Virus record (IMG/VR): IMGVR_UViG_3300020447_000005
DNA from: an uncultured virus (IMG/VR IMGVR_UViG_3300020447_000005)
Taxonomy: Duplodnaviria; Heunggongvirae; Uroviricota; Caudoviricetes
Length of the DNA stretch: 64,000 nucleotides
Direction: 5' to 3' (one strand)
A program made the translations under genes and the position numbers. Position 1 is the first letter of the stretch, and every line of letters starts with the position of its first letter. This document shows positions 19,597 through 28,307 of the stretch, one piece after another. A model generated the notes under the pieces. The model had not been told where the DNA came from. It saw nothing but the letters and a program-made list of their open reading frames with translations, and did no database searches.

Positions 19597-22494
19597 TTAC
19601 CGATAAACTCCTTCACGATCTTTTAAAGCTTGTTGATAGGCCTCTTCTTCATGACCGCCCTCAAACCACCCCCAGTTATCTCGATCATAACTGTCTAAAG
19701 AACGTTGAGGCTTGGGAGGCGCATTCTTTGCCCATATCTGAGAGGGATCCCAATTCTCTCGACGAGCTTTCTCTGCTTGATACTCAGGTTCCTCGTGGCC
19801 CCACTCAAACCAATTGGATTTACGATCATAATCTTCAAGAGGACGTTGGTTATGAGCATTATAAAATGCGTCACTCAAGCCGCCCAGCCTAGCCGTTGTA
19901 TTCTTACCTTCTGATAATGCTGTCAATGCGCCTTGTGGATTTAATCCTGCGGCTAAGGCCATTCCGCCTGCTGCCCCGCCATAGCCCTGCACCGCTTGAG
20001 TAAACCTTGGGCCAAAAAACGGAGTATTAAACAAACCGGGAAGCTGCTGCTGTGATTGCACACCTCCCTTTCGATAACCTTGCACACGTTGTGCAGGATT
20101 ATAAGGCTTCGCAACATTGCCAGTTATAAAACTACCGTCACTTAAATTTTGCTTTGCTGCGGGGACATTAACGGGCATCGGTTTTGGAGTATGTGGATTA
20201 GTCACGGGGGGAACACTCCCTGTATTTTGTGCGGGGGGAACTGTGTTCTGTGTATTACCTGAGGTACTTGTCTGAGACGGAGGTGTAATTGTAGCAGGAG
20301 GTGTATACGGATCTGGCTGAGGCGACGTGTCTAGAATATTCGAGGACTGCATCGATTCGGATATTTGATGCACCGGCGACCCAGGACGGGGGCCGGAATG
20401 CCCGTAAGTGTTTTGATAGTTCCTTAACTGTTCGTGTTGCCATTTTCTCTGTTGTAACTGTTTGCTCCGAGAAGGAGACAGGGAAGAATAACGATTCGGA
20501 TCGTAGGTAAAGTCTCCGTAGCTGTGAATACGATTCCACTCAGCATCTTGTGTATTTTGTGCGGGGGGAACTGTGTTCTGTGCTGTCTTAACTTCACCAA
20601 TTTCTTCAACAGGATACCCAGGACTAGGCGGTCTAACGATAGCTCCAGGAGCACGACCAAAATCTACACTACGCGAAATGCTGGGAACAAAACTAGTTCC
20701 ACGTTCTTCGCTTACCGCACCTCGCTGCGCGCCGGTCAATAAACTCTTCTTCAAACCAGAACCATAGAACCGCGTCAACCAATCCGGATCATGCTGTAAG
20801 TTAGACATACCCCGGATCATCTCAGGCTCAAATGGCGGCGGATCATTATGCACCGCAACTTCATCCACCCCAAAAGCATTGAACTCTGCCAACATCGAAG
20901 GTCGTATTTTTGTACCAATTGTATAGTGAAGCACAGGTTGTTCTAAATACTTACCTACTGCTTGTTTTGGCTTAACGCTTCTATGTCCCTCACGTGGCTT
21001 CCACTTATGTTCCAATGTGGAGTAAGGAACAACATCGTCAGGAACGTTGTCGCCGTATTCTTCTGTTAGACGAACATGGTTAATAAGCCCACGTGAGAGT
21101 ATTTCAATATTGCGGCGATGTGCGGAAAGATTAGCTCCTTCCATCGCCTCTTTCAAAGCCTTAACAAAATACTTCCGTCCGTCACCAATACCTTTATACT
21201 GTGTCACCAACGAAGGGTTAGGGAATCCCTCGCTAATAACATCTCCGGCTTCGACTTTATCGCCCTTCTTAACGTGGATATCGTACCCATCAGCAACGTA
21301 ATGCTGCTTATCGTTAACAGTGACGTATTTACCGCCAGCCGGTGCGTCTTCTATACGCTGTACAGTGCCATCTTCTGTTGTGTGAGCTGCACCACCCTTA
21401 AACGTCTTAGGTACTTGTATCAACTGGTTAATATACTTAAAGCCACTAACGGCCTTTTCTTCGCCTGCTACCCCGCCGCTGTGCTTTGCCGACAACTGTC
21501 CCTGACTCAAAGGTTCGCTCAAAGACTGCGCTGCCTGTAATCCAACCTGCGTGCCTCGCCCCGGCAAACGGCCTGTTTCTCGAACACCCACATCTCGTGC
21601 ATAAACGCCACCAGAGGGCGAACCGCCCACAAGCGGCGAACGGATAAGAATCTTATTCTTACCCAGTCGCTTTAAATGCTTTCGCACCTTCGGAGTAATT
21701 ACAGTGTTCTTCTCGTAAGGGCCAGTATCTATAGCTAGTAAAGCTCCCTCACTGTCTGCGTCCTCGGTATCAACCGGCATTCCACGTTTAATGCCACGTT
21801 GACCCTCGTCTGCATAATCCTTATCCGTAATCACTAATCGATGAGCTACTTGATTCAATTGTTTAGCTAAGAAACCCGCGTCTTGTGTGGCGAACTTCGT
21901 CGCTATAATTCCTTTGCGAGCCCCATACGAACCTGCCCAATACTCAGCAGGAGATAACCCCTCGGAATAACTTCTCGTTACTGGGATAGGCAATGGGTCA
22001 TCACGTTGATCGGCGTACAGTAAATCGCTACCCAGTAAACTTGACAAATTCATACGATTGCCACGAGTACCCGACAGAACTTGGAAAGCAAGAGGATTTT
22101 TGTCCTCTAAAGCCTCGGCCATGATTTCTGCCTGCTGAGGGGCCATTTCTGACCCGACTGCACGCACAATGAGTTCATTACGTTTTTTATCCGTAATATC
22201 ATCACGAGATAGAATTGCATCCATCTTGGCACGGACGCGTTCTCGAATACGATGACCGGCTTTAGATCGCTTTAAATGACGTAAACCAAAAGAGAAGCTA
22301 CCGCCCTCTTGCGCACCTTCACGACCTATATTATTTAATGCAAAAGAAATCTCGCGATAATCGTTTGGATACCGAGTAGCAACTTCATGCAAAACTTTTT
22401 TAAGCTCTTTCTTGTCTAATACACGATCGTAGTCCCGGAGATCTTCCGGAAGAGCTTCGTTTACAAAGAGTTGACCCACCGTAGCATTCAGCAT
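19597..22494 (-). CDS. rpoC: DNA-directed RNA polymerase beta'-like subunit, C-terminal half (bridge helix, trigger loop) with a low-complexity C-terminal extension
   Basis: ATVGQ (cf. TTVGR), SGTRG (SGARG), YGARKGIIATKFATQDAGFLAKQL (bridge helix) and AAQSLSEPLSQGQLSAKHSGG (trigger loop), plus RRNIEI (KHIEV). Confidence 0.93.
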   Translation of the reverse strand: MLNATVGQLFVNEALPEDLRDYDRVLDKKELKKVLHEVATRYPNDYREISFALNNIGREGAQEGGSFSFGLRHLKRSKAGHRIRERVRAKMDAILSRDDITDKKRNELIVRAVGSEMAPQQAEIMAEALEDKNPLAFQVLSGTRGNRMNLSSLLGSDLLYADQRDDPLPIPVTRSYSEGLSPAEYWAGSYGARKGIIATKFATQDAGFLAKQLNQVAHRLVITDKDYADEGQRGIKRGMPVDTEDADSEGALLAIDTGPYEKNTVITPKVRKHLKRLGKNKILIRSPLVGGSPSGGVYARDVGVRETGRLPGRGTQVGLQAAQSLSEPLSQGQLSAKHSGGVAGEEKAVSGFKYINQLIQVPKTFKGGAAHTTEDGTVQRIEDAPAGGKYVTVNDKQHYVADGYDIHVKKGDKVEAGDVISEGFPNPSLVTQYKGIGDGRKYFVKALKEAMEGANLSAHRRNIEILSRGLINHVRLTEEYGDNVPDDVVPYSTLEHKWKPREGHRSVKPKQAVGKYLEQPVLHYTIGTKIRPSMLAEFNAFGVDEVAVHNDPPPFEPEMIRGMSNLQHDPDWLTRFYGSGLKKSLLTGAQRGAVSEERGTSFVPSISRSVDFGRAPGAIVRPPSPGYPVEEIGEVKTAQNTVPPAQNTQDAEWNRIHSYGDFTYDPNRYSSLSPSRSKQLQQRKWQHEQLRNYQNTYGHSGPRPGSPVHQISESMQSSNILDTSPQPDPYTPPATITPPSQTSTSGNTQNTVPPAQNTGSVPPVTNPHTPKPMPVNVPAAKQNLSDGSFITGNVAKPYNPAQRVQGYRKGGVQSQQQLPGLFNTPFFGPRFTQAVQGYGGAAGGMALAAGLNPQGALTALSEGKNTTARLGGLSDAFYNAHNQRPLEDYDRKSNWFEWGHEEPEYQAEKARRENWDPSQIWAKNAPPKPQRSLDSYDRDNWGWFEGGHEEEAYQQALKDREGVYR
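20221..20582. repeat. 32-bp exact direct repeat (20221-20252 and 20551-20582) encoding QNTVPPAQNT
   Basis: tgtattttgtgcggggggaactgtgttctgtg occurs twice. Confidence 0.9.
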
Positions 22495-22508
22495 CTTGCT
22501 GCACCGCT

Positions 22509-22524
22509 TAAATTGTACTATTTA
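22509..22524 (-). promoter_or_regulatory. 16-bp TAAATAGTACAATTTA element upstream of the beta'-C gene
   Basis: 15/16 match to the 14934 element. Its TAA is also the stop codon of the upstream gene. Confidence 0.55.
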
Positions 22525-22923
22525 CTCATCGTCGTCATCGTCAACTGTGCCTGTCGGTCCCGAAAACAAGTCCGACAACTCTTCTTGATTTAACTCTTCC
22601 ACTTTGACGTTTTTTCCTCGGGAGGTTGCTTTCTTTTTAGTAGACTTTTTAGCTGCCTTCTTCTTGACGGGCTTCTTTTTTATTTTTGGAGTTTCACTTG
22701 TAGTTTCCTGTTCCGTAGCCTTCTTCTCCACAATAGGAGGAAGAGTTTTCGGTGTCTCCTGAAGAAGTTCGTCTACAATATCCGGTTCTGCGGCGGTTAC
22801 CGGTTCGGGTTTCGGAGAAGGTGGAGCTGCTGCTACTCTAGTCGCAGTACTTCGCTCCATACCCAGTTTTTTTCGCTCCGCTCGACTTCGAGGAATAACT
22901 GAATTAGGGTTGTTAGGATACAT
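22522..22923 (-). CDS. Lys/Pro-rich disordered hypothetical protein (histone H1-like Lys/Ala tract)
   Basis: KIKKKPVKKKAAKKSTKKKATSRGK followed by an acidic tail. Confidence 0.55.
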   Translation of the reverse strand: MYPNNPNSVIPRSRAERKKLGMERSTATRVAAAPPSPKPEPVTAAEPDIVDELLQETPKTLPPIVEKKATEQETTSETPKIKKKPVKKKAAKKSTKKKATSRGKNVKVEELNQEELSDLFSGPTGTVDDDDDE

Positions 22924-22931
22924 ATAAAACC

Positions 22932-23150
22932 TTATAGCTGTTTACAAATTACGGTGATGTCTAAACCAATGCTTTTTAATACTTCATTAAAGTCATCATC
23001 ATCCACATTAGCCAAAACTAAAACTCCTTGAGGTCCCCGCTCCGCTGCGATTTGCACTGGAGCCCCATTATCTCCCTTCACCACTACTTGGGAAGCGTTC
23101 AAAATAATAGGCTCGCTACCTATGCCGTCAGGAATAATTTCAAGCCGCAT
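22932..23150 (-). CDS. Small hypothetical protein
   Basis: 72 aa, coupled to the upstream stop. Confidence 0.55.
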   Translation of the reverse strand: MRLEIIPDGIGSEPIILNASQVVVKGDNGAPVQIAAERGPQGVLVLANVDDDDFNEVLKSIGLDITVICKQL

Positions 23151-23151
23151 A

Positions 23152-23847
23152 TTAAGTCCCTGCGGACATCATTTGCCAGAGCGCAGCAGCTTTATCCGCG
23201 TTTGACTGGTGTTCTGCGACAACGTCTTGTTGAACATCTACAGCACGGCCATTTTCCCAAGAACCCATTTTTTCAGGGGACGCAGGCATTGCCGCACCCA
23301 TCGGGGCAATAGGTTTAATAGCGCTTGCTTCGCCTCCGCCGCCTGCCATAGCACCAGCACCAGCCGAATTACCTTGGGCCATTGCGGTTAAATCCTCGGG
23401 AGTAGCCACCATATCAGCGGCAGGAATATGAATGCCCAAGGCATCAGAGATCTTAGCAAGAATCTTCTTTATCTGCATAATCTCAATATTGACATCAATC
23501 TTGGGCTTAATTTGACCCTCACCACCCATGCCGCCCCCCATGCCACCACCTTGTGCAGCCAAAGCTGCTTGCACAGCTTGGTCAATCATTGGTTGCATGG
23601 CAGCCATGGGGTCCATCGGAGGAGCACCACCCATAGCGGGGTCCATCGGAGGAGCACCGCCCATAGCGGGGTCCATCGGAGGACCACCTGGAGGAGGAGC
23701 GCCGCCCATCATACTAGGATCTCCACCCGTCATAGCAGGGTCGCCTGCTGCTACAAACGCTTGCTTCTCCTCATTTCTCGCATACTTCTGAACATTATCG
23801 AGCGCTAAGCCCACAAGTTCAGGATTAACACTTCCATAATTACCCAT
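23152..23847 (-). CDS. Met/Pro/Gly-rich hypothetical protein with K-x-A motifs
   Basis: AAGGAG SD. QKYA and EKQA motifs, GGAPPMDPAM repeats. Confidence 0.65.
   Translation of the reverse strand: MGNYGSVNPELVGLALDNVQKYARNEEKQAFVAAGDPAMTGGDPSMMGGAPPPGGPPMDPAMGGAPPMDPAMGGAPPMDPMAAMQPMIDQAVQAALAAQGGGMGGGMGGEGQIKPKIDVNIEIMQIKKILAKISDALGIHIPAADMVATPEDLTAMAQGNSAGAGAMAGGGGEASAIKPIAPMGAAMPASPEKMGSWENGRAVDVQQDVVAEHQSNADKAAALWQMMSAGT
23608..23683. repeat. 30-bp tandem repeat (about 2.5 copies) encoding GGAPPMDPAM
   Basis: ggggtccatcggaggagcaccRcccatagc repeated. Confidence 0.85.
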
Positions 23848-23878
23848 AGCTAGTTACTCCTTTAACTCTAGCAAGTCA

Positions 23879-26800
23879 TTACTTTTCTAGTACCTGAACT
23901 CGATCTGTTAAAGACAAATCTCCCCGATCATATGCTGTTCGAACGTCTGACATGGAACGGAATATCTTTCGCGATTTTTCACTTTTTCGCTTTGTCGCGT
24001 GCCATAAACCTCCAACATACTCGTTAGAGGGTGCATGTACCACCGACTTAAAATCGGAAGGGCTTAGTAAATTACGGCTCGGCAGTAAACGTTCAAAAGA
24101 TTCTTTTCTCGCCTCCTCTGTCGTAGGGACGTGATAATTCATCGCGTCTCCGTCAAAATCTGCATTAAAGCCCCCCACTATTAAAGGTGATACCTGTAAA
24201 GTATTACCTTTAGTCAATTGAGGTTTAAACGCCATGATGCCAAATTTATGTAACACAGGGGCACGATTAATGATAACAGGTCGGTGCTCCATTTCCTCTA
24301 CCAATGCATTACGCGCTAATTCAGACCTGTCCTTGATGTTCTGCATCGCTTGAGTAATTGGCATTCCTTTTCGTCGCAATCGTCGAACAACAAACTTCTG
24401 ATATACGTCAAAAGCTTTATCTTCAGGAAGACCTACCGAATCCATGTCTAAATTAGGGTTCGGCGATATGACAGCTCGACCTACATTATCCACCGTGCTG
24501 CCAATAAGTTTTCTTTGTACAGTACCAAACTTAGGACTACTGCCAAAAACCTCTTTTAGAATACCGCGAACTTGTTTATCTCGGGATTTTTGACTAATTG
24601 GATCGCCAAGGCCGGTAACCGCTTTAAAAGCGTTATAAACTGCCAATCTTTCGTCGCCAACAGCGTCCCCTACCGATTTCCGCATATCCTCTAAATTGCT
24701 ATTAGCCTCAAACAATTCTTTGTATAAATAGTTAGCGTCATTAACTAACGGCATATCATCGCCCATCGTACTCACAGGGCGAAACATAGGCGGCAAAACA
24801 GGAACTCGCTTTAACATCCAGTCAGAAGGATGAATACCTAACTTCTTGGCGCTTTTGAGATACCCTAACTTGCGGATAGCAGTATCGCGTTCAGTCCGGT
24901 TTCCGTTTTCAATTAATGAACGGGACTCAGCCAATGCTTTATTTAGATCTAGAGATGTTAACGCTTTATGCACTGCTTTAGGACCAGTACCATACCCAGG
25001 CAATTCATTCACGCCTGCTATAACATCCTCAAACCCTTTTTTAGTTAAACCCAACGTTCTACGAATAGGTTCTTCCATTACTGGGTTAGGCATTGGCTCA
25101 GCGAGTTTAATGGCTGACCATTGATTACCATTATGTCCGCCAGTTAAAGCAGGATCAAATAAACCTCCTGCTACCGGGCGTAACCCCTCGTTCCAATTAA
25201 CGCCGCCAGAATTCTTTAACTCACGTGACCCTACTAAAGTATCAACGTCATTATTCGTTAACGCCATAATGTGTGTTTGCGTGCCCGATCGCTGTACGTT
25301 TACACCCGCAGCTTTTAACTGACTTACAAACTTTTTATACACCATTGGAACTTTAGGATCTTTCGGGTTATACCCCGACATAAACTGCAACCAATAGTCT
25401 TCATTGCGTTGGCCGCGAATAGCGCCTACATCGCGTAACGTCTCAGTAGCTCCATGAGATAGAAGAGCGTTAGTATCTAATAGAGCAACTCGCTTAGAGC
25501 CAGTTTCGCCGCCCTTAGCCGGAGTATCCTCCATTGAGTATGCGCCGCCTCCGCGAGCTTGTCCTTTTGATTCTGCTGTGTGATGTAGCTTCATAAAGAA
25601 ACGATTGCCTGTCGCAATGTCCTTTATTTTCTTATCCCGAGTAGGGTCGTAAACAGCATCAAGATCGGACATACCTTCACGACGTAACTCGTCATACACC
25701 CATTGAGACATATCGCGGCTGCTATCAAAATCTTGGATTTTAATAGGCGAGCCTCGCTTAGCCGCTATTTTGCCTAAATACAACTCAGCCATCTGAGCTG
25801 GATTAGTACGGCTAATTACTCCGAGTGGATTGAGGAGAACCTCATAGGGCTTACCATCCGTGTCGTGCGGCATCTGGTCGTCGGAGATGACGTCAGCAAT
25901 GACGCCTTTATCTCCGTATCTACCAGAGAGCTTGTCACCGACTTGCATGGAGCTGACGGTTTTGGTAACGACAACCGGCCCCTTCTTCCCCAGAACAACG
26001 TCGGTAACAACCCCGGTATCGTGATGATCCCATAAGATACTTGCGTCTGCATATCCGGACTGTCCTTTCTTATGCACTTTATGTTTAGATCCTTCGCGAC
26101 GTCTTATACCAAGTATAAGCGGATCTCCGTGCTTCACAACAGTTCCGGGTTTTATGACCCCATTATCGCCAAACCGAGACAACTCTTCTTTATTATACTT
26201 CCCAGGAAATAAACTAATGTAGGAATTCTTTCCTGATTTTGTCTTTTTATCAAATTCAAGATCGTATTGATACATGTGTTCGGAAGACATGCGATTTGCA
26301 AAGCCTTCTGATATGACAATTGCGTCTTCAAAATTCTTTCCCTGCCAAGCCAAATAAGCTACACGAGCATTTTTACCTAATGCTGTTGTTCCGCCTTTAT
26401 CCGTAAAATTGGATCTGCTAAGAAGCTGTCCTTTCTTAAACGGCATCCCTGCTTCAACAGTAGGAGTTTGGTGCAAAAATGTTTTTCTGTTGAAAGGAAA
26501 ATTATTATACAACTCTAAGTCTTCCTTTGTACCGTCATCATATCGAACTTTAATGCTATCGTCAGAAATGCTTAATACTTCGCCTCCCGACTTGGCATGC
26601 ATACTACCCATTTTAGAGCTGTACTCTTCTTCGTAACTACGTTTACCTTCAGTTCCTGGTATAGCCGATTGAACTAAAGGAGCTTCAGGATCAATCAAAG
26701 GTAAAGCTTGTGTAGACATACGACTCGCCATGACAAGTCGTTGTCCTTTCATCATCCCTTTGAGTGGGACAATGTTAGCCAACGGACTAAGTGCATCCTC

Positions 26801-28303
26801 AAAAGAAGGTAGCACTAAATCAATATCTTTTTTCTTAGCCCACCCCATCTTGCCCGCCTGCATAACTGCAACCCGCTTCCCAGCTTTATCCATACTCTCC
26901 GGAAAAGCGACAGTTAAATCAGACACGTCCTGAGGTGTTCGCCAAACTTTTTTAGATGTCCTAGGGTCAATGAACTGTGTGTATATTTTGCCGTCTTTAC
27001 CTTTTTGAGTACTCCGCGACATATACAGATCAACGCCAGTTCTAAACGACTCAGGAGTACGTAGCGGATCAATGTAACCCATGTGACTAGGCTGCACGTC
27101 GCGTGCTTCGTCAGGGATCGCATCAAGGGTGGGGATGCCTCCCTCACCAAGGCGACTGACCGAATAAAGCTTGTCATAGATCTCAGCAGGATTAATTTCC
27201 TCTAACGGCTGCCCTAAACCAGAAGACAACAACGTTGCCTCTATTTGTGATTTCAAAGCTGATGACGGCATACCCGATAAATTGCCCTTATTAGCCGCTT
27301 TCCACAACAAACCTCTTCTTATGCCGCCATAATCTTTAGCCACACGCTCTGAAAACAAATCCTCAGGACCCAGGAACTTTTGATAAGGAAGTGCGTCCCG
27401 ATTATCTACGTCTGCCTCGCCTTTGGATACATTCACAAGTTTCTTAGTGATATCCAATACTGCATCTAAAGTTAACCCTTTGTAAGGTTTCCCCAGTGTC
27501 CTACTTGTCACTTCAGGATCAAGTGTCATGTTTTTAAACTTATGCACTATCGCCTTACGAGCATTATTATCGTGCTCCTCTAAATCTTTTTCACTTAAAA
27601 ATTTCTCTTGTAACTTTGTGTGTGCGGACGCTTCGTCCTGAGGAAAGTTCGCCGCGTAAATGGCATCTCCCCACGTCTCTTTAAGTTGCTTGGGAGTGGC
27701 CCCCATTGTTTTGACGAGAGGCATAAGCGGTATCTTGGCCTGACCAGCTCGGAGATAGAAGATGCCTGTTTCTGGGTTAAGATAATAGCGGTGCGAAAGA
27801 CCTTTCCCAGGCATAATGTTGGCATGCGCTTCGATTTCTCCGTTATCCCGAACTCTAGTAAACACCCCCGGCCTTAGTCGTTGCTGATTGCGTAACGTAT
27901 ACTCACTACCTTTATGAATATATGTCCCACGCTGTGTAAGATGCGGCACAGTCATTAAAACAGATTTCTTACTGTCAACAACGTTGCCCGTTTCATTATC
28001 GGACAGCTCCCACGTGCCACGAAGACGACGACCTCTAGTCTCTCCGCTTAGCACTGCTGCCTTTTGATCTTTTAAAGAAAGCTTATCGGGGTCTTGATAA
28101 TGAACGTCACGTAACGCTAACGAATAATTAGCGTTCGTAACCGGTTCTAAACCTTGAACCGCCTCTTGTACGCGAGTATAGATATTACGTCGCGCCGCAG
28201 TTGTGTCGCCCACCCCTCGGCGTTCTTCCTTAGAGGCAACTGGCTGCAACGGAGAAAGTAACGACTTAGGCGACGAGTCTAAAATATTCATAGACATCGC
28301 CAT
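23879..28303 (-). CDS. rpoB: DNA-directed RNA polymerase: beta subunit fused to the N-terminal half of beta' (carries the catalytic NADFDGD)
   Basis: Beta motifs RDVQPSHMGYIDPLRTPE, NFEDAI, GDKLSGRYGDKGV, LNPLGVISRTN and MKLHH. Beta' motifs VPVLPPMFRP, NRAPVLH and FNADFDGDAM (NADFDGD at 24146-24166). Confidence 0.95.
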   Translation of the reverse strand: MAMSMNILDSSPKSLLSPLQPVASKEERRGVGDTTAARRNIYTRVQEAVQGLEPVTNANYSLALRDVHYQDPDKLSLKDQKAAVLSGETRGRRLRGTWELSDNETGNVVDSKKSVLMTVPHLTQRGTYIHKGSEYTLRNQQRLRPGVFTRVRDNGEIEAHANIMPGKGLSHRYYLNPETGIFYLRAGQAKIPLMPLVKTMGATPKQLKETWGDAIYAANFPQDEASAHTKLQEKFLSEKDLEEHDNNARKAIVHKFKNMTLDPEVTSRTLGKPYKGLTLDAVLDITKKLVNVSKGEADVDNRDALPYQKFLGPEDLFSERVAKDYGGIRRGLLWKAANKGNLSGMPSSALKSQIEATLLSSGLGQPLEEINPAEIYDKLYSVSRLGEGGIPTLDAIPDEARDVQPSHMGYIDPLRTPESFRTGVDLYMSRSTQKGKDGKIYTQFIDPRTSKKVWRTPQDVSDLTVAFPESMDKAGKRVAVMQAGKMGWAKKKDIDLVLPSFEDALSPLANIVPLKGMMKGQRLVMASRMSTQALPLIDPEAPLVQSAIPGTEGKRSYEEEYSSKMGSMHAKSGGEVLSISDDSIKVRYDDGTKEDLELYNNFPFNRKTFLHQTPTVEAGMPFKKGQLLSRSNFTDKGGTTALGKNARVAYLAWQGKNFEDAIVISEGFANRMSSEHMYQYDLEFDKKTKSGKNSYISLFPGKYNKEELSRFGDNGVIKPGTVVKHGDPLILGIRRREGSKHKVHKKGQSGYADASILWDHHDTGVVTDVVLGKKGPVVVTKTVSSMQVGDKLSGRYGDKGVIADVISDDQMPHDTDGKPYEVLLNPLGVISRTNPAQMAELYLGKIAAKRGSPIKIQDFDSSRDMSQWVYDELRREGMSDLDAVYDPTRDKKIKDIATGNRFFMKLHHTAESKGQARGGGAYSMEDTPAKGGETGSKRVALLDTNALLSHGATETLRDVGAIRGQRNEDYWLQFMSGYNPKDPKVPMVYKKFVSQLKAAGVNVQRSGTQTHIMALTNNDVDTLVGSRELKNSGGVNWNEGLRPVAGGLFDPALTGGHNGNQWSAIKLAEPMPNPVMEEPIRRTLGLTKKGFEDVIAGVNELPGYGTGPKAVHKALTSLDLNKALAESRSLIENGNRTERDTAIRKLGYLKSAKKLGIHPSDWMLKRVPVLPPMFRPVSTMGDDMPLVNDANYLYKELFEANSNLEDMRKSVGDAVGDERLAVYNAFKAVTGLGDPISQKSRDKQVRGILKEVFGSSPKFGTVQRKLIGSTVDNVGRAVISPNPNLDMDSVGLPEDKAFDVYQKFVVRRLRRKGMPITQAMQNIKDRSELARNALVEEMEHRPVIINRAPVLHKFGIMAFKPQLTKGNTLQVSPLIVGGFNADFDGDAMNYHVPTTEEARKESFERLLPSRNLLSPSDFKSVVHAPSNEYVGGLWHATKRKSEKSRKIFRSMSDVRTAYDRGDLSLTDRVQVLEK

Positions 28304-28307
28304 TCAA

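Noticed and set aside
19597..28303. Cellular rpoB-rpoC operon
   Set aside because: No ribosomal-protein neighbours; embedded among capsid genes; fused and split architecture with heavy divergence.
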